Shown here: positions 50,090-63,791 of the stretch, one piece after another
Layout of the letters: each line of letters begins with the position of its first letter
Numbering within the stretch: position 1 is the stretch's first letter
Origin: Mustelus asterias
Lineage: Eukaryota
Length of the DNA stretch: 64,000 nt
NCBI RefSeq assembly: GCF_964213995.1
Contig: NC_135814.1
Span: 32,116,001-32,180,000 of the forward strand
Reading direction: 5' to 3'
Made by a program: the position numbers and the translations under genes
The notes under the pieces: model-generated
What the model was told of the DNA's origin: nothing
The model's input: the letters and a program-made list of their open reading frames with translations, nothing else
Database searches by the model: none

Positions 50090-50807
50090 CTAAGAAACAA
50101 ATCAACTCCATCACAAAATTATTTTCATTGTAAAGTTACATACTTCACTTAAGTTGGAATGGTTATTTCATTTAAGATGTAGTGGTGATAAGCCCTCAAC
50201 TGTTTTATTTATTGAAGAAAAATTACTTCATGTAAACCGGTGTAAAAATCATTTGCTTTTATCCATTACCCTTCTCTCCAACAGGTTACTAACATAGTGG
50301 TACAAGCTCTATTAGCCCTCCAGTAATTTGCTCGAGTAATCATTTCACACTGCTTCTGAACCTTCAGTATTTTATTCATAATGAGCTTCAAGTCCCTCTC
50401 TTTCTCTGCAACTTCAGTTGCTGCTTCTGCATTGTATGCACATGCATGGAGTTACCTAGGCTCAAATACATAATGTTTTGTGTACTTTGTTTAGGAAAAA
50501 AGAGTGAACTGTTCAACCTTACATAACTACATTCTATACCTACTATTCACAACTATAATTTGCTGTGAAGAAATCGCTTAACAGTGTACGTTATACAATC
50601 ATACGCAGATCACTTGATCTTCCAGTGCACTTTGAAAGGCGATGTTAATGCAACTCCGTCCCTGCACAATTCTAGGTCATAAAATAATGAATCTAATTAA
50701 GCCATCAAACCTCTGTAGGAATTATATTGTAGCTGCACACCTTCTTTGTGATATAGTACCATTCTGAATGTACCACAGCCAACCCTTTCCATTCTATCAA
50801 ATGACAC

Positions 50808-51053
50808 AGACCTGGGTTCGATTCCCACCTTGGGTCACTGTCTGTGCGGAGTCCGCACGTTCTCCCTGATTGCGTGGGTTTACTCCGGGTGTTCCGGTTT
50901 CCTCCCACAGTCCAAAAGACATGCTGGTTAGGTGCATTGGCCATGCTCAATTCTCCCTCAGTGTACCTGCCAGAGTGTGGCGACTAGGGGATTTTCACAG
51001 TAACTTCATTGCAGTGATAAAGTAAAGCTACTTGTGACACTAATAAATAAACT
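50808..51053 (+). mobile_element. V-SINE-like SINE (5'-truncated)
   Basis: Matches 46650-46892. Confidence 0.8.
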
Positions 51054-51139
51054 TCTACTTAGAAATAAAATTTTGAATAAGATAATGTTCCCCTACAGTT
51101 GATGATTAGGAAGATTGAAATTATGAAAATGTACTTTAC

Positions 51140-51277
51140 CTTAAAGGATTCCATGTCTGACAGCAAACAGGCACTCTGCATTCTAGCACGTAGATGTGCT
51201 CCTTCAGCTGATGTCCCCAGTTTAGCTAATACTTCCGACTGTTCTTCTAATAAATCTTCCGTCATTGGTGCTGGTTC
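51140..51277 (-). CDS. RAB3GAP1: RAB3GAP1 exon
   Basis: ctgtcag|GAA CCA GCA CCA ATG...TTT AAG|gtaaag; EPAPMTEDLLEEQSEVLAKLGTSAEGAHLRARMQSACLLSDMESFK; 138 nt. Confidence 0.96.
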
Positions 51278-51530
51278 CTGACAGGATGAAAGATTTCAGT
51301 AAATTAAAATTAGAATTGTTTTCAGTACTTTGTGGTAATTGTGGCAGGAGGAGAATGCCTGTCAAATAGCAAGAAAATACATCTGATTGACCCAAACTTT
51401 CCATTGATTGACAATTTGATTATTACACAATATTGGACTGTGAAATTTATTAGATCATTAAATTAGCTTTATAATGGGTCTTTTCCAAAATTTGTTCTTT
51501 TGGTGATAGGCAAGACTGATCAACTGAGCC

Positions 51531-52693
51531 TTTGACAAGGTACCGCATGGTAGGTTGTTGCATAAGATTAAATCTCACGGGATCCAGGGTGAGGTATCTA
51601 AATGGATACAAAATTGGCTTCTTGACAGAAGCCAGAGGGTGGTTGTAGAGGGTTATTTTTCAAACTGGAGGCCTGTGACCAGCGGTGTGCCTCAGGGATC
51701 AGTGCTAGGTCCACTGTTATTTGTCATTTATATTAATGATTTGAATGAGAATATAGGAGGCATGGTTAGTAAGTTTGCAGATGACACTAAGATTGGTGGT
51801 ATAGTGGACAGTGAAGCAAGTTATCTCCAATTGCAACGGGATCTTGATCAATTGGCCGAGTGGGCTGACAAATGGCAAATGGGAGTTTAATTTAGACAAA
51901 TGCGAGGTGATGCATTTTGGTAGACTGAACCAGGGCAGGACTTACTTATTAATGGTAGGGCGTTGGGGAGAGTTATAGAACAAAGAGATCAAGGGGTACA
52001 TGTTCATAGCTCCCTTGAAAGTGGAGTCACAGGTGGACAGAGTGGTGAAGAAGGCATTCGTCATGCTTGGTTTCATTGGCCAGAACATTGAATACAAGAG
52101 TTGGAACATCTTTTTGAAGTTGTGCAAGACATTGGTACGGCCACACTTGGAATATTGTGTGCAATTCTGGTCACCCTATTATAGAAAGGATATTATTAAA
52201 CTAGAAAGAGTGCAGAAAAGATTTACTAGGATGCTACCGGGACTTGATGGATTGAGCTATAAGGAGAGGCTGAATAAACTGGGACTTTTTTCTCTGGAGC
52301 GTAGGAGGCTGAGGGGTGATCTTATAGAGGCCTATGAATTATGAGAGGCATTGATGAGCTAGATAGTCAATATCTTTTCCCAAAGGTAGGGGAGTCTAAA
52401 ACTGGAGGGCATAGGCTTAAGGTGAGAGGGGAGAGATGCAAAAGTGTCCAGAGGGGAAATTTTTTCACAGGGTGGTGAGTATCTGGAACAAGCTGACAGA
52501 GGTAGTAGTAGAGGCAGGTATAATTTTGTCTTTTAAAAAGCATTTAGATAGTTACATGGGTACGATGGGCATAGAGGGATATGGGCCAAATGCGGGCAAT
52601 TGGGATTAGCTTAGGTGTTTTAAAAAATCAAGGACGGCATGGACAAGTTGGGCCGAAGGGCCTGTTTCCATGCTGTAAACCTTTATGACTCTA
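51531..52693 (+). mobile_element. 5'-truncated CR1-type LINE
   Basis: ORFs 51555..51890 (GVPQGSVLGPLLF, KFADDTK) and 52000..52344; TGAGCC duplicated at 51525-51530 and 52694-52699. Confidence 0.92.
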
Positions 52694-54766
52694 TGAGCCA
52701 GATAACCTGCTCCTAAATCTCTACCATGCTGTTCTGAATTAAGCATAAGGATTTAGGCGAGAATAGCATTCTCACAATGTTTCCTGCATCTCATGACAAA
52801 AAGTTTACTGCGTTCACTTGATTACTTCACACAGCAACACAGCTGACATTGAAACTCAAAAGAAAAATGTGGGGAATTAGTCACTAAACTGAAATTGAGG
52901 ATTTACACAGTACAATTTGCGGTTACAGTTTTGCTGAAAAACACTTAATCATCCTGTCATCCTGAAAGAAAATAACCCCATCAATGGCTTACCCAATGAG
53001 AATTTCTTTAAAACTTCTGCTTTACATGACTCTGGAGTAAAAGTTATTCCACTATCATCAAACATAATACATCTGGTAAAACAAATTTGTAACTTTTTAA
53101 AAGATACTGCCATCATCATCAAATATAAATTAACATTCTATATTAAGGGTCCACAAAAGTTGAAAGGGAGCAATGGAAAGTATCAAATTCAGATTGTATC
53201 AAAAGGTTTTGTCACCCTTCTGAGGAATAGAGTTGGTTTCTTTTTCTGGAAGGAGATATTTTTGAAGGGATTATAACATGCAGGTGTGTGTTTATGACTT
53301 GAGATTTTTTCAACAGTTGCTGTTGAGCAGTCCAACTTTTTATGACATTGCTTATTACAGTGTAAGTTATTTTAACACAAAGAAAAATCCTGCAATGTTT
53401 ACTTTCCACAGTATTCTAGAACTGGAAATTCTGCTGATGGTCTCTTGATCTCCCACCGTAATTCGTCAGCTGTTTACACCAAACCTTCAGAGGCTCCTCA
53501 ACCTGACCCCAGAGGACTATGGAAGCTCAATCATTGAGCATGGTCAAGACTGAAATCAATAGATCTCTGAATAATGATGTCATGGAATATGGGGATGGTG
53601 AGGAAATGTGACACATGATCAGCCATGATCTAACTGAATGATAGCACAGGCTAGATGGGACAAATAGCCTATTCCTGTTTTTATGTTATTGTGAAGTGGT
53701 AAATCAAGTGATTTTATTAAGATTGATATTAAAACATGCATTAATAGCTTTAGAATAGAAAAATGTAGTTACGAGAGGTAATTCTAGGTATGATTGGAAA
53801 TTTAGCCAATACTACAGACATGATGGGATCCTTGGGCAAGGGTAGTTGCAGGGGCAGCTAGCCCAGCAGTCATAACAATAACAGCTTTCACAGGCATTCA
53901 CTGCTGAACAGGACAAGAAGGAGATAAGGTGAACTGAAAATCATAACCAAGATTGAGTAATGAGATAACGGGAACATCTGTGATAGAATAGAATGGTTAG
54001 TTATGATATTAATGAGAAACATCAGAATGAAAAGTAGGAAGAACTAGAAACATGTGCTAAAAACCCTGTACCATTGAGGGAGGCATCATAGCTGGCTGTG
54101 GATCTCTCCAGCATATGCTTGAATAAAGGCTTTGCTTACTGGAACTCAAACTTAGTGGTCTCATATTTTACTGTAACAAATGAGTATCCACATATATACA
54201 TAAAGTGATGGTCTTTAACCCGGAAGCAGTACGGTAATAAAATTTGCAACTTCTTAAAATCAATTACAGATTCCACAGACCTTTTAATTAATGTTTGAAA
54301 ATGAGTTTTAAAGAGTTTGCATCAATTGTAAAGGGATCAATTGTAATTCTCTTGAATACAAAGAAATACTGGTCTATGTGATCTGGTGCCCTTAACTTGA
54401 AAGCAGTATCAACAGGAAGTTAAGAAAGAAGCAGTGTAGCTGGTAGATATTAAGGAGAACTACAGACACAAAGGAGAGTTACATGCAGAGGAGCTGGAGG
54501 GTGGAGATTAGATACAGACACAAAGAGAAAGCAGACAGAGATAGAAAGAGGAGCACATCGAACTCTTGTAAGGAAAAGAAAACAAGTCACTCAGAAAGAG
54601 GTCTGTTTTCCTGTTTGGCAGAAAAGGAGATAGGAGTTCTTGGAGGCAACATGCAAGTTGGCTGAAAAAGGTCTAAAACCTAGAAAGTTCTGTAAATGCC
54701 TCAGAGATGTTACATTGGTGGGTGCTATCCCAGAAGTGACCAACTGTTAACTAGGCTTGGTTCATG

Positions 54767-57700
54767 AACTGGCATTTTGGTAGATTGAACCAGGGCAGGA
54801 CTTACTCAGTTAATGGTAGGGCGTTGGGGAGAGTTACAGAACAAAGAGATCTAGGAGTACATGTTCATAGCTCCTTGAAAGTGGAGTCACAGGTGGACAG
54901 AGTGGTGAAGAAGGCATTCGGCATGCTTGGTTTCATCGGTCAGAACATTGAATACAGGAGTTGAGACGTCTTGTTGAAGTTGTACAAGACATTGGTAAAT
55001 ACTGTGTGCAATTCTGGTCACCCTATTATAGAAAGGATATTATTAAATTAGAAAGAGTGCAGAAAAGATTTACTAGGATGCTACCGGGACTTGATGGATT
55101 GAGTTATAAGGAGAGGCTGAACAGACTGGGACTTTATTCTCTGGAGCGTAGGAGGCTGAGGGGTGACCTTATAGAGGTCTATAAAATAATGAGGGGCATA
55201 GACAAGGTAGATAGTCAATATATTTTCCCAAAGATAGGGGAGTCTAAAACTAGAGGGCATAGGTTTAAGGTGAGAGGGGAGAGATACAAAAGTGTCCAGA
55301 GGGGCAATTTTTTCACAGAGGGTGATGAGTGTCTGAAACAAGCTGCCAGTGTTAGTAGTAGAGGCGGGTACAATTTTATCTTTTAAAAAGCATTTTGATA
55401 GTTACATGGGTACATAAGAACGTAAGAATTAGGAGCAGGAGTAGGCCATCGAGCCCCTCGGGCCTGCCCCGCCATTCAACAAGATCACGGCTGATCTGAG
55501 GCGAATCAGTTCCACTTACCCACCTGCTCCCCATATCCCTTAATTCCCTTATCAATCAGAAATCTATCTACCCGTGATTTAAACATATTCAACGAGGTAA
55601 CCTCCACCACTTCAATGGGCAGAGAATTCCAGAGATTCACTACCCTCTGAGAGAAGAAGTTCCCCCTCAACTCTGTTCTGAACTGACTCCCACTTATTTT
55701 GAGGCTGTGCCCTCTAGGTCTGGTTTCCCTTCTAAGTGGAAAGAATCTCTCAACCTCTACCCTATCCAGCCCCTTCATTATCTTATATGTCTCTATAAGA
55801 TCACCCCTCAGCCTTCTAAACTCCAACAAGTACAGACCCAATCTGTTCAATCTCTCCTCATAAGCCAGACCCCTCATCTCCGGTATCAATCTGGTGAACC
55901 TTCTCTGCACTCCCTCCAAGGCCAATATATCCTTTCGCAAATAAGGAGACCAAAACTGCACACAGTACTCCAGTTGCGGCCTGACCAGTGCCTTGTATAG
56001 TTGCAGCAAGACCTCCCTCCCTGCTTTTATATTCTATCCCCCTCGCGATAAAGGCCAACATTCCATTTGCCTTCTTGATCACCTACTGCACCTGCAGACT
56101 GAGTTTTTGCGATTTGTGCACAAGGACCCCCAGGTCGCTCTGCAAGTAGCATGATGTAATTTTTCTCCATTTAAATAATGTTTCAATTTACTATTATTTC
56201 TTCCGAAGTGGATAACCTCACATTTGCCAACGTTATATTCCATCTGCCAGATCCTCGCCCACTCGCTCAGCCTATCCAAATCTCTCTGCAGACTTTCCGC
56301 ATCTTCCACACAATTCGCTTTCCCACGCATCTTCGTGTCATCAGCAAACTTTGATACCCTACACTCAGTCCCCTCCTCCAGATCATCTATGTAAATGGTA
56401 AACAGTTGAGGCCCCAGTACCGATCCCTGCGGCACGCCACTAGTCACCAACTGCCAACCAGAAAAGCACCCATTTATTCCAACTCTCTGCTTCCTACTGG
56501 ATAGCCAATCCCCGCCAACACCTTACCCCCAACTCCGTGTACCCCAATCTTCTGTAGTAACCTTTTGTGAGGCACCTTATCGAATGCCTTCTGGAAATCT
56601 AAAAACACCACATCCACCGGTTCCCCTCTGTCAACCGCACTAGTCACATCTTCATAAAAATCCAGTAAATTCGTCAAACACGACTTTCCTTTCATGAATC
56701 CATGCTGCATCTGCTTGATCGAACCATTCTTATCCAGGTGCTCTGCTATTTCCTCTTTAATGATGGACTCCAGCATCTTCCCAACTACGGACGTTAAGCT
56801 AACCGGCCTGTAGTTACCCGCCTTTTGTCTACTTCCTTTTTTAAACAGCGGCGTAACAGTAGCTGTTTTCCAATCAGCCGGCACTACCCCAGATTTCAGC
56901 AAATTTTGATAAATAACTACTAACGCATCTGCTATTACCTCAGCCATTTCTTTCAGTACCCTGGGATGCATTCCATCCGGGCCCGGGGACTTGTCTACCT
57001 TCAGTCTCATTAGTCTACCAAGCACTACCTCTTTAGTAACAGTAATTGTATTAAGGACCTCACCTCCCACCTACTCTCGATCTCTAATATTCGGTAAACT
57101 ATTTGTGTCTTCCACCGTGAAGACCGACACAAAGAACTTATTTAAAGTCTCAGCCATTTCCTCGTTTTCCACTATTAAATCCCCCCTCTCGTCCTCCAAG
57201 GGTCCAACACTCACTCTAGCCACTCTATTCCTTTTTATATATTTGTAAAAACTTTTACTATCATTTTTTATATTTTGAGCTAGTTTAGTTTCATAATCTA
57301 TCTTTCCTTTCTTAATCGCTTTCTTAGTCGTTCTTTGTTGTTTTTTAAAGCTTTCCCAATCCACTAATTCTCCACTCTTTTTGGCCACTCTGTTTTTATT
57401 TTAATACTCTCCTTTACTTCCTTTGTTATCCACGTCTGGTTATCCCTTTTCTTAGAGTCCTTCTTTATCACCGGAATATATTTTTGCTGAGTACTTAAAA
57501 AAATCTCCTTAAAACTCCTCCACTGTTCCTCAGCTGTCCTACCTACCAGTCTGCTCGCCCAGTCTACATTAGCCAATTCCGCCCTCATCCTATTGTACTC
57601 CCCTCTGTTCAAGCAGAGGACACTGGTTTGGGACACTACTTTCTCACCCTCCATCTGTATCAGAAATTCAACCATATTATGATCACTCAACCCAAGAGGA

Positions 57701-58663
57701 TCCCTCACAAGAAGATCCTTAATTCTACCTGTCTCATTACACAGTACCAGATCTAAGATAACTCGCTCTCTCGTAGGTTTTGTAACATACTGTTCAATGA
57801 AACTATTCCGACAGCATTCTAAGAACTCTTCCTCAATCCCTCCACATCCAATTTGAGTCGACCAATCGATATGCTGGTTAAAATCCCCCATGATTATTGC
57901 CGTTCCGTTTTTGCACGCATCCATTATTTGCTTGTTTATAGCCCTCCCCACCTCTAAGTTATTATTTGGGGGCCTATTGACCACGCGTACCAGTGTCTTT
58001 CTCCCCCTTCTATTCCTTATCTCCACCCACAACGATTCCACGTTTTGCTCCTTAGAGCCTATGTCGTCTCTCACTACCGTCCTGATATTATCCTTTATTA
58101 ACAAAGCTACCCCACCTCCTTCTTCTACCTGTCTATCCTTCCTAAATGCCTGATAACCCTGTATATTCAGTCCCCAGTCCCGGTCACCCTGCAACCACGT
58201 TTCTGTGATGGACACTAGATCATATTCATTTGTATGGATTTGTGCCATCAACTCATTTACTTTGTTTCGAATGCTTCGTGCATTCAGGCAAAGTGTATTT
58301 ATGCCAGCCTTTATCTGGACCCGGTTTGTTGAAACGCTACTAATACCTCCCAAGCCCTCTACTCCTTTAACTAGTTGAATATCCTCAACATTAATCTGCA
58401 CTTGTACTCTCTCCTTTACCTTCGATTTTGTAATTCCCCATACCTCTGCACCCTCCCCCCCATTTAATAGTTTAAAGCCCTATCAATGACCCTAGTTATA
58501 CGATTTGCCAGGACTCTGGTCCCAGCACAATGGGTATAGAGGGATATGGGCCAAATGCGGGCAATTGGGATTAGCTGAGGGTTTTTAAAAAAAAAATAAG
58601 GGCGGCATGGACAAGTTGGGCCGAAAAGCCTGTTTCCATGCTGTAAACCTCTATGACTCTATG
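54767..58663 (+). mobile_element. CR1 fragment (family of 51531-52693) split by a younger CR1 insertion
   Basis: 54767-55413 and 58530-58663 rejoin as gttacatgggtac|aatgggtatagagggatatggg, matching 52551-52585. Confidence 0.88.
55414..58527 (-). mobile_element. Near-complete CR1 LINE: end of ORF1 plus ORF2 (APE endonuclease and RT) with a few disruptions
   Basis: ORF 57364..58401 (CLNARSIRNK, SITETW, IMGDFN, SDHN), followed by NYRPVSLTS, LDFQKAFDKVPH, GVPQGSVLGP and KFADDTK across frameshifted ORFs; 3' tail ttcttacgttcttat. Confidence 0.95.
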
Positions 58664-59298
58664 GCTAGTTAGTTGAAAATGAGCTCTGGAAAGCTACACT
58701 ATCAGGACTGCAGTGACCCAAGGGAGAGTCGGTTCATAAAACTGTACCTTGCCAACTATCATACCTGTGAAATACAGGGGTGAAAGCTGTTGTTGGATAG
58801 GACTCCTAACCTAACCTGTGTGGATTAACAGCAGCATATTGTGGAACGATGTAGCTATGTAATGCCATACATGCTGATGGGGCATGCTTGTTGTGTTCAA
58901 TTTATCTTTGTTGTATTGATTAAAGTGAGATTGACCTTTTTATTTGAAGTATTATTTGCCTGTTAATTCACATTGGTTCTGATTTATGTTAAGAAGTGAG
59001 CTGTTTTGGTTTACGATTCCTCCATGGGGATCGTAACAATACATGTTGTGCACACATTTAGCAATTAGGAGTGGAAATCCTGCCCATTTTCCTTTTTAAC
59101 CAGGGATATCTGCTTTCTTGGTGACAAATTTATCCAATTGGCCATCAAGTGTGATTACATTATTTGAATTTATTCCTGTGAAGGATGACTTTGAATATTA
59201 ATATATAAAAAAAACTTGAAAGTATCCTTGTCAGATACTTTATTATAAAATACAATACAAGTTGGAAAGTAATATTTGTTACCCAAAATATTTCTTAC

Positions 59299-59685
59299 CT
59301 GTGTAACTGGAACACAAAGTGGATCTCCTGTGTGAAGCAGTGTCAGTTTGCCATGCTGATGTAGACGTCCCTCAGGTCTCCACTTTTGGTTCTCTTTCTT
59401 TCCACCATCTTTCACCTCTCCTTTTGCTGTTCCATCTTTCATTTCACTGACTTTCAAATCTTCCGTGTCACTCAGACATTCAAAAAACTCATCCTCACTA
59501 TCACTCCATGACTCCCACGATTTCTGCTGAGATGATTCCCCTTTGTTCTCCTTAACGTCTCTATCATCTGTTGTCCCTTTACTATTTGACACCTTTCGGT
59601 CCATTGAGCCACCCAGTGCATTTTCAGTTGCTTGTTTTCTTCCATCATCTCTTGCTTTTTTTCTCTCAATGCAACAATTCAGCAT
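59299..59685 (-). CDS. RAB3GAP1: RAB3GAP1 exon with FFAT-like motif (EDEFFECLS)
   Basis: ttcaag|ATG CTG AAT TGT...GTT ACA CAG|gtaaga; 387 nt; ORF 59170..59706. Confidence 0.95.
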
Positions 59686-59969
59686 CTTGAAATTAAAATT
59701 TTTCACAGGAAGTTAAAATTTTATACCGTTTTCCATTTCATTCCTTTATGCTCAAGGGCTCAAATGCAGCTTCGAACACAATACTGTATAGGATAAACTG
59801 CATCCATCAAAGCTCAACTCAAGCCGCTCCAGCATTATGGTCACAAAACACAACTGATTCTAGCACAAGCCACACAATTTCTCTTTAGCATTTTCCTCTC
59901 ATTTCCCTTTTTCAAACAAGTTTTCTGATTCCTACTGAATCATTTTCAATAACTAAAATGCCACTATCT

Positions 59970-60855
59970 GGGGGGACGATTCTCCCATCCCATTATGCTG
60001 CTTTAGTGCAGCAGGCCGGGAGACTCTAGCGGGGTCGTTTCCCAGGCTCCCTGCTGGGTGCCCGGGCCTGAGCGCGTTGGCACCATCAGCTCTGTGCCAG
60101 AAATCAGCGTGGAATTGCATTATATATGCAGCGCCTAATTTAACTATAATTTCAATGCAATTAGCGAGCCCGGGACTGAAGTCTCTGGGCCCGCTAGCTT
60201 CTCCCCACACCAGGAGTATTTCACTCCAGCGGGGATTACAATAGCCCCACTTGCAGGGAACTAGCGGCCCAATCCCGCTGGAGTGAAGTGGAGGCAATCG
60301 AGGCCCCCCCAGAGGGTTGGGTGCCGGGAGATGCCCTCTGGGCATTGGCACCCTGGCACTGCCAGCCTGGGCCCCCCGCAACTGCCCAAGGGGCAAACTG
60401 GCAATGCCCAGGGGCCAAGGGGACGGGGCCTCTGGGAGGACGATCGGTGGGGGTGAGGGATCCCGTTGCCACTCTACAGTCAGGATCGGTAGGTGAGGGA
60501 GGGAGGCCAGCAATTGGGGCTGGCCATCCCACAGCCTGCTGGGAAAGGAGGAGGGACATGGGTTAGCTGGGAGTGCATCTGGGACTACCTGTGTGGGGGT
60601 GGGGATCGAGACCAGCGATGCAGGGCTACTTCGCATGCGTCGATCTCAGCACTGACAGATCGGTGCATGCACAGTGGCCCACTCAGCGCCATGCTGCCAG
60701 CCTCTCCATCGGGAATAGGCCCCGCCCACAGATTTTAACGTGATTCACGCTAGTGCACAGAGGGTGTGAGATTCTTTTTTAAACTCCTGCTGAAAAACTA
60801 GCGTGATTTACTCCAGTTTTTTGCGAATTCAACACTAAAGGGAGAATCCCACCCC
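59970..60855. mobile_element. GC-rich MITE-like element (Harbinger-like termini)
   Basis: GGGGGGACGATTCTCCC ... GGGAGAATCCCACCCC followed by TAA; internal part is repeated at 4517-4646. Confidence 0.65.
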
Positions 60856-61610
60856 TAATGTTCCGACTTCAAATAGTGCCATTTGAGCAGGGAGCGGCAG
60901 AGTGGAGAAACAAATGAGGGAGTACCTCACATACAACAACACTTCTCTTTCTAAATATTCAAGATTCAATGGTATTCTGTTCTACAAAAGCAAATTAAAG
61001 TTTATACAAGTAAGTGTAACAGGCAACAGGCTTAATGAATTAATCAAAGTTGACTGCGGGGCTAGACAGAGAAAGAATTACATGGAATATATAGCACAGA
61101 AACAGGCCATTTGGCCCAATCAAATGTTCCAGTTTCCCGGTCCTAACCACCTCTTCACTATGAACGTACAATTCCTCCAATCCTCCACCCCCAGCAGGAG
61201 GGTCTCGGCATTCTCCACTTCTTCCTCAGAGGCCCAAACAATCCCCATCCACCACTACTCTCCTCCTCCAAGCTGAACTTGTTCAATCAAGCAACAATTT
61301 CTCCTTTAACTTGTCTCACTTCCTGCAAATAAAAGATGTGGTTATGGTAATCACATAGGCCACAGTTATGTCTGTCTTTTTGTGAGATATGTGGAAAATT
61401 CCTTGTTCCAGTCTTACTCAGCCCCTCTCCCACAATTCTTCCTCCACTACATTGGTGACCATATCCCATGCCACTTCATGCTCTCATCTGGACCTGGAAA
61501 AAATGGATCAATTTTGCTTTCAAATCCCACTCCTCTCTCACCTCCCCTTCCCTGATCTGTCTCCATTTCTGGTGATAGACTGGCCACCAATATTCATTAC
61601 AAACCTACCG

Positions 61611-62070
61611 ACCGGGTGCAGAGGAGATTTACCAGGATGTTGCCTGGTATGGTGGGAAAATCGTATGAGGAAAGGCTGAGGGGCTTGAGGTTGTTTTCGT
61701 TAGAGAGAAGAAGGTTAAGAGGTGACTTAATAGAGGCATACAAGATGATCAGAGGATTAGATAGGGTGGATAGTGAGAGCCTTTTTCCTCGGATGGTGTT
61801 GGCTAGCACGAGGGACATAGCTGTAAATTGAGGGATGAGAGATATAGGACAGATGTTAGAGGTAGGTTCTTTACTCAGAGAGTCGTAAGGGGGTGGAATG
61901 CCCTGCCTGCAGCAGTGGTGGACTCGTCAACGTTGAGAGCGTTCAAGTGGTTATTGGATAAACATATGGATGATATTGGAATAGTGTAGATTAGAGAGGC
62001 TTTAGATTAGTACCACTGGTCGGCGCAACATCGAGGGCCGAAGGGCCTGTACTGCGCTGTAATGTTCTAT
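61611..62070 (+). mobile_element. CR1 3' fragment inserted into the PLE
   Basis: Near-identical to 14026-14490; GAC duplicated at the junctions. Confidence 0.9.
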
Positions 62071-62477
62071 GACTCCTACAGCTACCTCAACTACAGCTCC
62101 TCAGACATGCTCCCTCTAAGGACTCCATCCCATTCTCCCAGTTTCTCCACCTCCGTTCCAATGTTACCACCTTTGAAAACAGTGCTTTAAACATGTGTAC
62201 CTTTTCCCATAACCAGGGATCCCATTCCTTCCCTCAGTGACACCTTGGTCCACTCCTCCATCTCCCCAACCCTTCATCCCCTTCCCCTGGCACTTTATCA
62301 TGCAATTGCAGAAGGTGCAACAACAGCCCCATTACCACTTCCCTCCTCACTGTCCAGGGGTCCAAAGACTCCTTTCAGGTGATGCAGCATTTCACTTGCA
62401 CCTCCTTCAATTTGCTCTACTGCATTTGCTGCTACCAATGTGGTCTCCTCTACATCGGGAAGGCTAAACGCAGACTG

Positions 62478-63791
62478 GGACCGCAATTTTCTGGACCCAT
62501 TTGACGCAGGTGCAAATTATGATGATATCGATGATTTTGTGAAGAAAAAGTGCAGAAGAAAAGCTGTCTAAATTGTCATGGGTTACAAACACTGATAAAC
62601 CAAGAAAATCTTAAAAATATCTCCCTCTTCCATATTCTCTTGTTTAAATTCTAGGGACGACTATTTGCTGGTCTGATATCATGGCTGTCACATGCAGTGA
62701 GTTATAACCACTGCATGGTAAGTAACCACCAACCCCCATTGCTTTCACTACTAGCCTTCAGAAAGTCTCTTTTGGACAAAGAACGGAATCCTTCCAGACA
62801 GTTGCCAGCAAAACCACTTGGACTCCACTTGATTGGAGTATTTGTTCCTGCACTGATTTTTTCTGGCTCATTTGGTCCTTCACTGGCCTGTGCTGTGCTG
62901 CAATCATATCATCAGCTGATTTCTCCATCTCATTGCTCATCATGGCCAGTTCCATGTTTGCTTGTCTCAAGATACACAAATCGCAATACTGACCATCCCA
63001 ACCGTCATGCTGACAACAGGTAGGCTTGGATTTCAATTGATCAATTACAGGCTTGTTAAATTAAAAGAGCACCAAAGCAGTGATTTGTCATTTGTAAATT
63101 TGTTTTGTAATTTTGCAGCTTGTGTTGTGGATTTGAATTTGAATGCATCAATTACAGGCTTGTTTGCATCAGTTACAAAGCACTGAAGCAGTGATTTGTG
63201 TATTTGTACTTTTTTGGGTTCTTGTGGCTTGCATTATGGATTTGAATTAATCAATTACAAGCTTGTTTTCATGAAATAAAAAGCAATGAAGCAGTGATCT
63301 GTGTACCTTTCTGGCTTGTATTGTGTGAGCTGAGGGTGGGCATGGTCAGGAAGGCAATGATGTTACTTGGGGGAGGGGTTTGATGTCATTTCGGGCAGGG
63401 GGTGACATCACTAATGGGTTGGCAGGTCTAGGCATCACCAGGGGTGAAGCACCATGTCAGGGCACCCAAAAGTGCAAGTCCCGTGCCGTGCCCCGTTCAT
63501 TAAGTATTGGGGGAAGGTTGCCCCGCTGTGGTTGAGGGTTGGGGGTGCTCCCCTTGTCTGCCAGGGGTCCCGATGTCGGTGGGGGTGGGAGTGGGGCTGG
63601 GGGTCTTTAACTTTAATTTGAGTTGGGGCTCCCCAATCCCTGTGAAACCAGCCTTACTGGCGTCTTTAGGCCCCGCCCCTCAGGAATAACAATGCAAAAC
63701 ATGGCCCCCCCCTGCTTTTGTTTGACAAAGTGTCACAAGATCTGGAGAGAAAACCTGGCTGCTTCTCTGGGGAGGAAAACAAATTCTGCCC
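62478..63791. mobile_element. About 1.3-kb insertion splitting the PLE GIY-YIG domain (MITE-like right end AAATTCTGCCC-TAA)
   Basis: The PLE peptide breaks after RRLG and resumes at FAEH; the right terminus resembles other GGG-ended elements in the window. Confidence 0.5.

Larger units (their letters stand above)
34765..59685 (-). other. RAB3GAP1: RAB3GAP1 gene, 3' portion (upstream exons lie beyond the window end)
   Basis: Exons encode MLNCCIERKKARD, WSDSEDEFFECLSD, EPAPMTEDLLEEQSEVLAKLG, DFVRWYSPRDY and the C-terminus RLAGAFSSDTSFF*, characteristic of the Rab3 GAP catalytic subunit. Confidence 0.97.

Noticed and set aside
53764-54178. Possible solo LTR (AATAAA, ends TGTAACA)
   Set aside because: The left boundary and TSD could not be established, so the evidence is too weak.
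57364-58401. 345-aa endonuclease ORF as a possible standalone or domesticated gene
   Set aside because: It is the N-terminus of a CR1 ORF2 cut by a frameshift and collinear with RT fragments.
59953-60636. 227-aa Pro-rich ORF
   Set aside because: Lies within a GC-rich TIR-bounded repeat; stop-codon scarcity explains its length.
62758-63036. 92-aa minus-strand ORF, candidate upstream RAB3GAP1 exon
   Set aside because: No similarity to the expected preceding RAB3GAP1 peptide (ending ...HQKLQ); lies inside an insertion that splits a PLE.
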